Below, in pieces: positions 53,401 through 62,696 of a DNA stretch of 64,000 nt (positions within the stretch are counted from its first letter, which is position 1; each line of letters begins with the position of its first letter). A program made the translations under genes and the position numbers. This stretch comes from Saccharicrinis sp. (GTDB lineage Bacteria > Bacteroidota > Bacteroidia > Bacteroidales > Marinilabiliaceae): assembly GCA_024635585.1 (NCBI GenBank), contig JAGXIP010000009.1:3179-67178 (forward strand). The letters run 5' to 3'. The notes under the pieces are model-generated. The model saw nothing but the letters and a program-made list of their open reading frames with translations, had not been told where the DNA came from and ran no database searches.

Positions 53401-54836
53401 ATGAGAATTATTACCTGCCCAAAAATGGCTGATTTCATCATTTTGGTAGAGCCTACAAATGCTATCTTGTCCATTATTGTACGACGCTCTTCGCCCGATG
53501 CGCCTATAATATCTTTCTGCTGGAGGGTCATTTTTATGGCAATATATTCAACGATGATAACGGCGCCATCTATGATAATTCCAAAATCGAGGGCACCCAA
53601 GCTCATTAAATTGGCATCCACCCCAAAAATATACATCATTGATAATGTAAAGAGCAGTGCCAGCGGAATCATAGAGCCAATAACAAGTGCCGACCGCATA
53701 TTGCCCAACAATAAGAGTACAGTGAGTATTACTATGATTGCGCCCAGGATAAGGTTTTCGGCTACGGTAGTGGATGTTTTTGAGATAAGCTCACTTCGCT
53801 CCAAAATAGGATTTACAAATACTCCTTCGGGTAGGTTTTCTTGTATCTCTGCCACTCTTCGTTTTACCTCATTGATTACTTCTTTTGAGTCGGCATCCTT
53901 AAGCATCATAATTTGTCCCAGCACCGTTTCGCCCTTTCCGTTGGCTGTGATGGCACCATAACGGTTGGCATGTCCATAGCCCACTTCGGCAATATCCTTT
54001 ATTAAAATAGGAACGCCCTCATTACTTTGCACCAAAATATTTTCGATGTCGGCCAGCGATTTTACCAAGCCATCGCCTCGGATAAAATAGCTCTGGTTTG
54101 TTTTTTCGATGTAGGAGCCTCCTGTAATGCCGTTGTTATTACCCAGAGCTTCAAAAACCTGTATCAGTGACACGCCCATGCTCTTCAACTTAAATGGGTC
54201 GATGGCCACCTCGTACTGCTTTAAATATCCGCCCCAGCTATTTATCTCGACAACCCCATTAATTCCTGACAGCCTACGTTTAATTACCCAATCCTGAATT
54301 GTCCGCAGTTCCATGGGGCTATAACGCCCCTCATACCCCCGTTTAACATCAACAATGTATTGGTATATCTCGCCCAGACCCGTTGAGATGGGTCCCATTT
54401 CTGGTGTTCCGTAAGCTTCCGGGATATTGGCCGAAGCACTTTTTATTTTTTCAGCAATTAACTGGCGGGGAAGATAAGTGCCCAAGCTTTCTTCAAATAC
54501 TACGGTAACCACGGAGATACCAAATTTTGATATGGATCTTATTTCCATTACGCCAGGCAAGTTAGCCATCTCCATCTCTACCGGTGCCGTTATAAACTGC
54601 TCAATTTCCTGGGTTGATAAATTACCGGAAGTGGTAATAACCTGCACCTGGTTGTTGGTGATATCGGGTACCGTGCCCACCGGTATTTTAACAATGGCAT
54701 AGATACCAAACAGTACGATGGAAATGGTAAACAGGATTACAATAAGTTTATGCTTTACGCTGAAATCAATTATTTTTTCGAGCATGGTTTTGTTTGTCTG
54801 AGATGAAAGATTTTTCCGGACTATAAATTTAATCAA
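50442..54836 (-). CDS. czcA: CusA/CzcA heavy-metal RND pump fused to C-terminal TolC-like domain; likely start 54785
   Basis: PDITNNQVQV, LDFGIIIDGAVIIVE, RLRPVMLT, EVQRPLATVVIGG; OEP-like extension. Confidence 0.93.
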   Translation of the reverse strand: MIKFIVRKNLSSQTNKTMLEKIIDFSVKHKLIVILFTISIVLFGIYAIVKIPVGTVPDITNNQVQVITTSGNLSTQEIEQFITAPVEMEMANLPGVMEIRSISKFGISVVTVVFEESLGTYLPRQLIAEKIKSASANIPEAYGTPEMGPISTGLGEIYQYIVDVKRGYEGRYSPMELRTIQDWVIKRRLSGINGVVEINSWGGYLKQYEVAIDPFKLKSMGVSLIQVFEALGNNNGITGGSYIEKTNQSYFIRGDGLVKSLADIENILVQSNEGVPILIKDIAEVGYGHANRYGAITANGKGETVLGQIMMLKDADSKEVINEVKRRVAEIQENLPEGVFVNPILERSELISKTSTTVAENLILGAIIVILTVLLLLGNMRSALVIGSMIPLALLFTLSMMYIFGVDANLMSLGALDFGIIIDGAVIIVEYIAIKMTLQQKDIIGASGEERRTIMDKIAFVGSTKMMKSAIFGQVIILIVFIPILSLTGVEGKMFRPMALAFSFAIIGAMIMGLTWLPVASSLFLRPSVNDKPNFSDKLMGWVRRSYDPVISLACKHKSWVLGSAVFMLLLTGGLFYSMGGEFVPTLDEGDFVIQPVLKTGTSLTKTVETTTQMENILIKNFPDEVDQIVCRIGAAEVPTDPMGMEEIDMIIKLHPKNTWVKADSKEQLAERFKEALEVIPGIEYEFTQPIEMRFNELITGVRSDIAIKIFGEDLDYISEKASEIKDVIADVEGASDIILEKTTGLPQVKVSYNRSKIAYYGVDINMLNTYMAAAFGGEISGVVFEGERRFDMVMRFNKQNRTDITNISELQVPLPDGGQVPFSELGEIEYTTGPAKISRDNTHRRVVVSVNVRNRDLQSVIHDIQAKIDANVQLQPGNYIEYGGQFENLQNATNRLMLAVPVAMLLIFIFLHFAFGSLKDAIMIYSAIPLSAVGGVLLLWLRDMPFSVSAGVGFIALFGIAVLNGIVLIEHLKELQHEGKYTMRELILKGSRDRLRPVMLTAGAAAMGFLPMAISSGAGAEVQRPLATVVIGGLITSTMLTMIALPLMFELFYNIKAIKLFPFRVIRSKSIMLLFLLLAPALALNAQQKQLNLNEMIEMALQNNQQIAAYDFNVEQSKALKKTSFDADKTTVAYSTDENNIAENGHPLKVWAVGQEFSFPSLYIKNNKAHKINISIAQTELELKKNELRKAVSQSFYKYQMLMGKQNIYKDLDSLFTRLDAYAQKRMDLEDISKLEALHIKSKRNEIEAMQKAILMDMKNEHDKLKSLMNPGEDFEIKEDLMPIQVSEGADKAFEMEQLYQYQNNYSRALVEVEKQKILPDLSVNYFIGSNAYDDAQNYHGFEIGVAVPLFFGSHSARIKAAKLSNNAMIAQNEYYSEMLQSRLNELQNERLKYKALLQNYDEIGKDLQEEMMRASLKSYEMGQIDFFQFINGYESAVKIKTDYLNNLFDYNRFTTELMYVSE

Positions 54837-55125
54837 ATCATTGACTAAAAATGGTAATTAAATGAAAATAGTTAGCGAAAAATAGTTAGTTACCTATTAG
54901 CTCCCAGCGCCTTTGTATCAGAAATCCACCTTTTAAAAAAAAAATCAAACACAAAAAGCCCCACCAAAGGCAGGGCTAAATTTTTGTAAAAAATTTACTA
55001 GAAAGAACCAGTTCGCACTAATTACTCATCATCGAGGACATAAGACATAAACATCTTGAATAGGACGAAAAAAACCGGTATTAAACCGGCCTATTACATT
55101 GATATGTGTTTATGAGATTATGGGA

Positions 55126-58062
55126 TTAAAACTTATGACTTAATCCAATGCTGAAGGATCGGCCTGGTCTTTTTATTTCATTCGTTTGATTGGCAGCTTT
55201 GTAAGAATCATAATAACTCAATTCATCTTGATTGAGGAGGTTACTTACTTTGAAATCTAACGACGTCCTCTTGTCTTTCCCAAATTTTTTATTGAGGCTC
55301 AGGTTTATGCTGTGCAAGGGTTCCTGATAAACGTCTGGAAATATGCCAGTTCCAACAATCAAAAGCGTTGGGCCTTTTACATTATAGAATATACCCGCAT
55401 CCATTCCGGATTCTGCATTATTATAAACCAGGCCGGCATTAATCACAAAGGGCGATTGTCCGGCCATTTCTCTTGTGGTTTGAATGTTTTCACCAGTTCT
55501 TTCTTTGTCTTTTCGGGAGTTGTATTCCGTCGAAGTCATACTCACTTCCGACTTAACCAGGGTTATGTTTCCATTCAAGTTCAGGTTCTGTAAAATGGGA
55601 GAAAGCAACTTCAGGTTTTGATTGAACTCAAATTCCAATCCCCAGAGTTCGGCATCACCCACATTTCGTGGCTGGAGCTCGGTAGTGGTTGTTGCCTGAG
55701 GAATTCGCACCAATTCAATGGGATCGTCGAACTGTTTGTAAAAAACACTGGCCGACACATTTTGTCCTTGTTCCATGAATAGTTCCCAGCGAAGATCATA
55801 ATTGTTGATATGGGTTTCGGTAAGATTACCATCCCAGCTATCATAAACATGAAAACCCCCATTAAAAGTAACATTGCTGATGGGATCCAGAATCTGAGCA
55901 TACGACAATTCTTTAAAAGATGGTCGAGCAATGGTTTTGGAAAAAGCTGCTCTTATATTTTGATTTTCTGTTATTTCGAATATCAGATTAAGGGTAGGAA
56001 ACAGATCCAAGGAATTGAGAACTTCACTATTTTCTAAGATATTTCCACCATTTTGTCCACTGGCACCGGCCTGGTCGCGGCCGGTATGGCGCTGAACAAA
56101 ATTCTCGGCACGCAGGCCTAAGATCGTTTTCAGTCTGGCCAAAGGATACAGTTCGTTAGAAATATAGAAACCGGAATTATTCACATTGGAGCTATATTCA
56201 TTGGGATTTGGATTGGGATTACCCGATTGGTAATAAATGCCATTAGGACGGTTGGGAAAAAGGTTGATTGGATCTAAAACTTTTAATATGTCGGCATCGG
56301 GCCACGACTGAGTGCTAGCAAATTGCATGTCGAAGGTCAGAATTTCGTAATCGCGCTTCTTATAGTTGTGACTGGCACCAAATTTCAATTGAGCTTTATT
56401 ATCGTTAAATTGATAATCTTTTGAGATATCCAATTTTGCTGTGGCATTGATTTCTGTCAGCTCACGCCATCTTCTGGATGGATTACCACCGGCACCGGCA
56501 CTAAAGCGCTTGCGCCCATCGGGTTCTTCGGTAAAGGACGTTCTGCGTATGTCCGGATCGTCTGAGCTGGAGTAGGTAGGCGATAAACGCCAGTCTATTT
56601 CCCATCCCGAACGTAGGGTATGTTTACCATTGAGCAATAGGTTGGTTAACGATCGCTGGTTGTATTCCAAGTTATTTGATTCGGCGATATACCCCGATTG
56701 CCCCACAGCGGCTTCAGAATTTCTAATATTGAATTGGGCGTCACGATTTTCTCCATTCTGCAGACGCATCAACGTAAACCTGATTTTATTGTAACTATTT
56801 TTATAGGCAAGGCCACCCAATACGCCTATTAATACATTTTTCTCACCCATTTGACCGTTCCGGACGGTGGCATAGCGCATTTCGTATAGGTCAGGATCAT
56901 CGTATTTTTGGTAGTCTCCATACGCTAAATCATCGTAGTATTTGTATTCAGTTTTATAAGAGAGAGAAAATATATAGCCCAACTTGCCATCTCCACGACT
57001 GCCTGCATTAAGTTGATCTCCTAAAGAGAAGCTGGCACTGTAGTCTATAAAGCTATTTTCACGTTGAGCTCCCAATTGAGGGTTAAAGCTGTTAACAAAA
57101 TTGACCACCTCTGCATCCGAATAACCACTATAAGGAAGTGGTATTCTTTCACGGCGAGCTGCAGCTGGTAGCTCGCGGGTTCCATCGTCGAAACCTAAAA
57201 AGTCGAGCTTTCCGCCATCGTAGGTCAGGTAATCCGGATTAAAGTGCATGTCGGGGTTGAACGAAGTGCTTACCGAAAGGTTCAGCATTTTCTCTTCGGG
57301 GAAATCTTTTGTTTCCACATTCATTAGCCCTCCTGTAAAATCGGCTGACATCTCTGCCGTAAAGTTTTTACTCACCATCATGTTCTCGATGAGGTTGGTA
57401 GGAAAAATATCCATTTGAAGACTGTTCCGATCTGGATCCAGTCCCGGGATATCTACACTATTTAGGGTGGTTTTGGAGTAGCGGTCGCCCAAACCACGCA
57501 CATAAATATACTTGCCGCCTTCAATGGTCACTCCGGTTACCCGTTTGGCAGCTTCCACTGCAGTGCCATCTCCAATAAGGCTTATCTTGGCTGCTGAGAT
57601 ACCGTCGAGCATGACGGATGAGTTTTTTTTGATGGTCTGTAGGGCAGCTTCGGTATTACGCATTGCCTTGGCCGACACCACCACATCCTGAAGCTCGATG
57701 GTGCTTTCGCTGAGCTCTATATTGTTGAGTAAGGTGACTTTACCCGGAGCTACCACCACGTCGCGGATAGTTGTTGTTTGAAAGGATATAAATGAAACCT
57801 GAAGACCATAGGTGCCGGGATCTACATCAATGGAAAACTTCCCATCCAGGTCGGTAGAAGCACCCGTGTAGGTTCCTTCAATAATTACACTTACTCCCAC
57901 CAGTGTTTCTCCGGTACCTCCTTCAAATACAGTTCCTCTAATCGTTCCCTTCTGCGCGTAGGTAAGCGTGGATATCAACAAGAGAATAACAATTCCTATT
58001 TGTCTCATTGTGAAAAAATTTGTTGCTGTGTGTTTTTGTTTCCTATGTTTTAATAGTGACAT
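55126..58062 (-). CDS. TonB-dependent receptor (non-SusC) with CarboxypepD domain; likely start 58008
   Basis: AAKRVTGVT, YVRGLGDRYS, LDIFP-like plug, RPSFKEL, C-terminal F. Confidence 0.92.
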   Translation of the reverse strand: MSLLKHRKQKHTATNFFTMRQIGIVILLLISTLTYAQKGTIRGTVFEGGTGETLVGVSVIIEGTYTGASTDLDGKFSIDVDPGTYGLQVSFISFQTTTIRDVVVAPGKVTLLNNIELSESTIELQDVVVSAKAMRNTEAALQTIKKNSSVMLDGISAAKISLIGDGTAVEAAKRVTGVTIEGGKYIYVRGLGDRYSKTTLNSVDIPGLDPDRNSLQMDIFPTNLIENMMVSKNFTAEMSADFTGGLMNVETKDFPEEKMLNLSVSTSFNPDMHFNPDYLTYDGGKLDFLGFDDGTRELPAAARRERIPLPYSGYSDAEVVNFVNSFNPQLGAQRENSFIDYSASFSLGDQLNAGSRGDGKLGYIFSLSYKTEYKYYDDLAYGDYQKYDDPDLYEMRYATVRNGQMGEKNVLIGVLGGLAYKNSYNKIRFTLMRLQNGENRDAQFNIRNSEAAVGQSGYIAESNNLEYNQRSLTNLLLNGKHTLRSGWEIDWRLSPTYSSSDDPDIRRTSFTEEPDGRKRFSAGAGGNPSRRWRELTEINATAKLDISKDYQFNDNKAQLKFGASHNYKKRDYEILTFDMQFASTQSWPDADILKVLDPINLFPNRPNGIYYQSGNPNPNPNEYSSNVNNSGFYISNELYPLARLKTILGLRAENFVQRHTGRDQAGASGQNGGNILENSEVLNSLDLFPTLNLIFEITENQNIRAAFSKTIARPSFKELSYAQILDPISNVTFNGGFHVYDSWDGNLTETHINNYDLRWELFMEQGQNVSASVFYKQFDDPIELVRIPQATTTTELQPRNVGDAELWGLEFEFNQNLKLLSPILQNLNLNGNITLVKSEVSMTSTEYNSRKDKERTGENIQTTREMAGQSPFVINAGLVYNNAESGMDAGIFYNVKGPTLLIVGTGIFPDVYQEPLHSINLSLNKKFGKDKRTSLDFKVSNLLNQDELSYYDSYKAANQTNEIKRPGRSFSIGLSHKF

Positions 58063-58103
58063 TGTTAGGCGAATGAAAAGTGAATTTTAATTGGCTGTGA
58101 TTA

Positions 58104-58146
58104 AATAGAAAGAAACAGACCTACACATTGCAGGCCTGTTTTTTTC
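58104..58146 (-). terminator. Intrinsic terminator/attenuator between lipoprotein and receptor
   Basis: Minus strand AAACAGGCCTGCA...TAGGTCTGTTTCTTT. Confidence 0.55.
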
Positions 58147-58183
58147 AAATAATGGCCATTGGCCTTATTCCTTGATGATGAGA

Positions 58184-59431
58184 TTATAGGGTTGGTATAA
58201 CGCCAGCCTCTTTTGCCCATGTCCAGCTAAATACGCTTAGGTCAATGGCTGCTGCTGGTGCAGCTCCGGCTGAAAAACCTGCTGGTATATCAACACCCTC
58301 AGCGAAATGACTGCTTAGATCTGCAGCTTCCACATCAAAAACGATATTGGTGAAAGTTACCTTTCCAACATTATGAACCACTCGGTTTACCTTTTGACCT
58401 GGCTCAATAGCTGTGAAGAAAATATTTTCCATAGTAACACTGGTGTTATCATCTGTGTTAATTAGGTCGCTTGAATAGCGTTCCGCGTCTTTTACACTTG
58501 TATAGTTAGCTACAATCACGCCATTTTTTAGCGTGTAGTGGCCATAATCAGCTGAACCTTCAGGTCCATCTAATTCAAAGTTGTGATCATCGGGTGCAAC
58601 TACAACAAAATTATTGAGTGTCCCAGTCCAAGATTGGTCAGCATCAACGGCATCATCATTACAATTCCAAATCACTGCATTTTTTACAGTAACCTTTCCG
58701 CCAAACCACTCAATACCATCATCTTGATTGGCAATTATCTCAATATTTTCAATAACGGTAGCAGAACCTACACCACCTAAGGTCAAGCCATTGATTTCGT
58801 TACCTGATCCAATATTGGCGCCACCGTGACGAATGGATACATATTTAATAACGCCTGAATTATCGTTATCATCGTTACCACCGTATAGTCCATTGGCATC
58901 GGAAGTAGGAATTCCTTCAATCTGAACTTCACTAACATCTTCTTTAGTATCTTTATTTGAAGCTGAGATTTTTGCTTTTCCTAAGATTAAGACACCACCC
59001 CAAAGGCCATCCGCATCTGGATTTAAGTTAGGGCTGCCAAAATTACCTGCTGCGATATCCTCAGGTGTAAGCTCATCACCTACTGTAGTAAAAACAATGG
59101 GTAAAGTAGGTGTTCCTTCAGCCATCAATTTACCACCACGGGCTACTAAAAGCGCAGTAGCGTTAGCTCCGGTTCCTAATTCTCCTTTGATTACGGTACC
59201 TGCCTCAATGGTCAGGATTGTGCCATCCAATACGGTAATACGACCAGCTAATTGGTAAATGTTATCCGCTGTCCACTTGGTGTTTTCTGCAATGTTTTGG
59301 GTAACAATAACGTTGTTATTGCTTAGATCAATTAGATCTGGATTGACTTTTTCTTCATCGTCACATGCCGTAAATGTAAGGGCTATTCCAAATGCCAATA
59401 GTAAGCTAAAAAGTTTCAAATGTTTTTTCAT
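58184..59431 (-). CDS. Surface lipoprotein with beta-helix-like repeats, partner of the TonB receptor
   Basis: Lipobox FTAC; WGGVLILG, DNSGVIKYVSIRHGG, INGLTLGGVG and DDGIEWFGG motifs. Confidence 0.8.
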   Translation of the reverse strand: MKKHLKLFSLLLAFGIALTFTACDDEEKVNPDLIDLSNNNVIVTQNIAENTKWTADNIYQLAGRITVLDGTILTIEAGTVIKGELGTGANATALLVARGGKLMAEGTPTLPIVFTTVGDELTPEDIAAGNFGSPNLNPDADGLWGGVLILGKAKISASNKDTKEDVSEVQIEGIPTSDANGLYGGNDDNDNSGVIKYVSIRHGGANIGSGNEINGLTLGGVGSATVIENIEIIANQDDGIEWFGGKVTVKNAVIWNCNDDAVDADQSWTGTLNNFVVVAPDDHNFELDGPEGSADYGHYTLKNGVIVANYTSVKDAERYSSDLINTDDNTSVTMENIFFTAIEPGQKVNRVVHNVGKVTFTNIVFDVEAADLSSHFAEGVDIPAGFSAGAAPAAAIDLSVFSWTWAKEAGVIPTL

Positions 59432-59525
59432 GTTTTTTTTTTTGTTGTTTTAAATAAATTTGTTGAATTTGTTACAATTGAATCATGATACAATTCTAAT
59501 GCGTGTTTTAGTTTTTGTTACGATG

Positions 59526-59613
59526 CAAAAGAAGAGGTTTAAAATATCCTATATCTTAAGTGAGTCTTAATTAATCATTAACAAAGCTGACTGCCATTTA
59601 ACTTCGATTTAAC
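59526..59613 (-). promoter_or_regulatory. Promoter with 11-bp-phased TTAA boxes (OmpR/PhoB-type)
   Basis: TTAA at 59556/59567/59578 and 59598/59609; -7-like TTCTTTTG at 59533-59526. Confidence 0.6.
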
Positions 59614-59713
59614 ATGCGTATGTAAAAGGCATGAAATACCTTATACGCAAAAGCCGCGTCCTAAAGTGTTTGATTAGGACGCGGCTTGTAATAATTGTAT
59701 ATCTATTTTTTCT

Positions 59714-60172
59714 TTAGTATTCTTTTTTATCAATGATTTCCCCGGATTCATTTCGGATAATCCAAGTGCCCGATTTTTTGCCATGATCGTAGTACATTTC
59801 ATAGCGTTGAATACCATTTTCATCCCAAACGCTCCAAGCGCCATGCTTAACGCCATCGATGTAATTGGCTTCAGCTATTTTATTGTCCGCTTGATCCCAA
59901 GTAACCCAAGTTCCATGCATCTTATTCTGCCTAAAGGAACGGTTTTCATTTTTCTTCCCATTTTCAAAATAGATGGTAGTCACACCTTCTTTTTCTCCAT
60001 TGGAAACAGTCATCTCAATATGTATATTTCCTGAAGGGAAGTATTCGATGTAAGTGCCTGAATAGGGCTGGCCTTTATTGTCATAAAATTTGCCGTCTTC
60101 TCCTTCTACCAACTGAGCATGAAGGAGTGTGAATGAGGCAAAAAGTAAAAAAAGCAATAAAATTGTCTTCAT
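59714..60172 (-). CDS. MORN-variant repeat protein with signal peptide
   Basis: Repeated Y.E.G..HG.W..WD..G units. Confidence 0.8.
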   Translation of the reverse strand: MKTILLLFLLFASFTLLHAQLVEGEDGKFYDNKGQPYSGTYIEYFPSGNIHIEMTVSNGEKEGVTTIYFENGKKNENRSFRQNKMHGTWVTWDQADNKIAEANYIDGVKHGAWSVWDENGIQRYEMYYDHGKKSGTWIIRNESGEIIDKKEY

Positions 60173-60517
60173 AGTTTTAATCTTTAGCAGTAACTACTCT
60201 GTTATTCTCTGTGACAGATATTATCAATTAAAAAATTCCGTCGTTGAATTTCCGTGTAGAAAGTAACGTAAATATACCTCTGGGTTTGTGTTTTTCCTAT
60301 TATTATTTTGGGAGAATTTCTTAAATCAGTAGCTGGGTTTTGGTCATTTACAATGTCTTTGTACACAGATTGTTTGTCGCCCCACAAGAAAACGAGCCGA
60401 TTAAATACCGACTGATTATACACGACTATGAGGTAATCAATTTTCAAAAAAACACCACTCTGGTTGCAGAGTGGCACTATATTTATTCTAAATGATTAAA
60501 AATGTGCACTTAAGGCA

Positions 60518-60892
60518 CTATTTGTCCAATGTTTCCATTTGAAGATTTAAAGCATGCAGTTCATTATTATTTACCTTTATCGGTTTTGTTTCATTGTTGC
60601 CGTATGAAATGTAATTAGCCAATACCTTATATTCACCGGCTTTAACATTTTCAAAAACAAATTTACCATCAAAATCGGTATAGGTCTTTAAATCGGTACC
60701 TTCCACACGTACTTCAACTCCAGTAAGTGATTCACCAGTAGTTTTATCTAATATTACACCCGTAATAATGTTGTTCAACGCAATGGCTGAAGTTGTTTTT
60801 GCCGGGGCGGGTTTAGCCGGCTTGGTAGCGTTGATTACATTGCTTAAACCTACTACCATTACTGCTACCAGAAAAATTTCTTTTGCTTTCAT
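60518..60892 (-). CDS. Small secreted CarboxypepD_reg-like domain protein
   Basis: ITGVILDKTTGESLTGVEV, TYTDFDGKF. Confidence 0.85.
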   Translation of the reverse strand: MKAKEIFLVAVMVVGLSNVINATKPAKPAPAKTTSAIALNNIITGVILDKTTGESLTGVEVRVEGTDLKTYTDFDGKFVFENVKAGEYKVLANYISYGNNETKPIKVNNNELHALNLQMETLDK

Positions 60893-60956
60893 AATATTTT
60901 AATTTTTAGTTTTAGTTTTCAATTTCTAAAAGACCTTTTGTCTCTTTGTTCGTTAG

Positions 60957-61034
60957 CAAAAGTAGTGTAGCAATATTAACAGAGTATTAAATGCCGGTTA
61001 TGAATGTTTTAAGAAATTGTAAAGAAAAATTAAC
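60957..61034 (-). promoter_or_regulatory. Promoter with 11-bp-phased TTAA boxes (OmpR/PhoB-type)
   Basis: TTAA/TTAT at 60976/60987/60998/61009, then GTAA 61019 and TTAAC 61030; TACTTTTG at 60964-60957. Confidence 0.65.
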
Positions 61035-61555
61035 AGTGCGATACAGATAGGGTCAATCATCAATTGTTCAAATGCACATATGCTGTTAAAAACAATAGTT
61101 TGATTTCTTAACTACATAATGCATTAAGACATTAAGACCCTGAGATAAAGATTCTTTGTGGAGTGATCAGTAGATTGGTCGTGCCGACAAGTTCTTACTT
61201 TGTTTTATGCAATTTCCTATTTTAATTATTTATATAATCTTATGATTTCCATCCACTTATCAAACCCACGCGACCGAGATTGTGCATGCTTTTTTATGAT
61301 GCAATCTTTCATTTTTTTTAGCAAAAAAAATATTGGATGTAATAAAGGAATGTTTTTCCACCAGATTTTACAAGGCCATATCTTGTAGTATGTTTATATT
61401 AAGCGGATTACACATACCTTAGCATATTCCCACTTAAAAAATTTTCTCATCATATTAGTTTAAATCTAGAGCAACAATATCATTATTTAATGGGGTATCA
61501 TTATTTTTAGAGTACAAAAAACAAAAAAACGTGTAACTTTCGCATTAAATTAAAG

Positions 61556-62275
61556 TTGTTACAAATAGGGATAAAAATGGATAATTTTAAAATTTTACTG
61601 GTAGATGACGAGCCTGACATACTTGAGGTTATCAGCTACAACCTTGAAAAAGAGGGATTTCAGGTTATCACATCTCAAAATGGACAAGAGGCCATAAAAA
61701 TAGCCAAGCAAGAACTTCCGAACTTGATCATTTTGGACCTAACGATGCCAGGAATGGACGGTGTCGAAACCTGTGAGGAGATTAGAAAAGTACCCGCACT
61801 AAAAAATACCTTGATCGCGTTTTTAACAGCCCGAAACGAAGATTATTCGCAGATTGCCGGTTTCGATGCTGGAGCCGATGATTACATCTCAAAACCTATC
61901 AAGACCAAGGTACTTGTTTCAAGAATAAGAGCACTACTGAAAAGATATACTAACCAGGCCATTTCTCCCGACAAAGCCATGCCAGGCGAAGCCATCGAGG
62001 TAGGCGATCTGACCATCGACAAGGACCGCTATATAATAGTATACAAAGGGCAAAAAATAGCTCTGCCCAAAAAAGAATTCGAACTATTGAATTTATTGGC
62101 TTCCAAGCCCGAAAGAGTATTTACCCGAAACGAAATCTATAACGAAGTTTGGGGCGACAACATTATTGTGGGAGACCGAACCATCGATGTACATATTAGC
62201 AAGGTGCGCGATAAAATTGGCCAAGACCGCATCGTAACGATAAAAGGGGTGGGATATAAATTTATGAAAGATTAA
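61556..62275 (+). CDS. OmpR/PhoB-family response regulator; likely start 61577
   Basis: LVDDE, LDLTMP, GADDYISKP, RTIDVHISKVR, TIKGVGYK. Confidence 0.95.
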   Translation: MLQIGIKMDNFKILLVDDEPDILEVISYNLEKEGFQVITSQNGQEAIKIAKQELPNLIILDLTMPGMDGVETCEEIRKVPALKNTLIAFLTARNEDYSQIAGFDAGADDYISKPIKTKVLVSRIRALLKRYTNQAISPDKAMPGEAIEVGDLTIDKDRYIIVYKGQKIALPKKEFELLNLLASKPERVFTRNEIYNEVWGDNIIVGDRTIDVHISKVRDKIGQDRIVTIKGVGYKFMKD

Positions 62276-62696
62276 TGCCTCCTATTACTATGGTTGACTT
62301 TTGCCATGGTAAATATTTCCAAAAGTCTCAATAAACTACCCATATTTCACCTTTCTTATTGCACTAGCTATTTCCACTGGTGGGTTTCCCTTTAAAATTG
62401 AGAATAATCCATATTTAATTTAGCCAAAATGTAAGATTTGATTCAATTTGAACAAATTATTCAAACGGTTTATTTATGCTTTACAACACGTCGTTTTTCG
62501 GATTTGTGCAATTTATCTTGTTATTTTGCGAACAAAAATAGCCGATAAACAATAAGAATAGTTTATTGTTATTCGTACGCCAAACCTACTGTATTGATTC
62601 AAAAAAGTTATTAGTAAAAGTATTAGCCCTAAACTCAGGAGGCACAATATTCATATACAAAAGAACGGTTAATACCATTAAAACAAATATAAACCT

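Noticed and set aside
50442-54836. CzcA-TolC fusion as a novelty
   Set aside because: This fusion is common in Bacteroidota.
59714-60172. Toxin-antitoxin (YwqK-type antitoxin) interpretation
   Set aside because: Only generic MORN-variant repeats with a signal peptide; no toxin gene nearby.
60202-60477. 91-aa ORF between the CarboxypepD and MORN genes
   Set aside because: No motifs, and it overlaps a hairpin (CCACTCT/AGAGTGG); probably non-coding.
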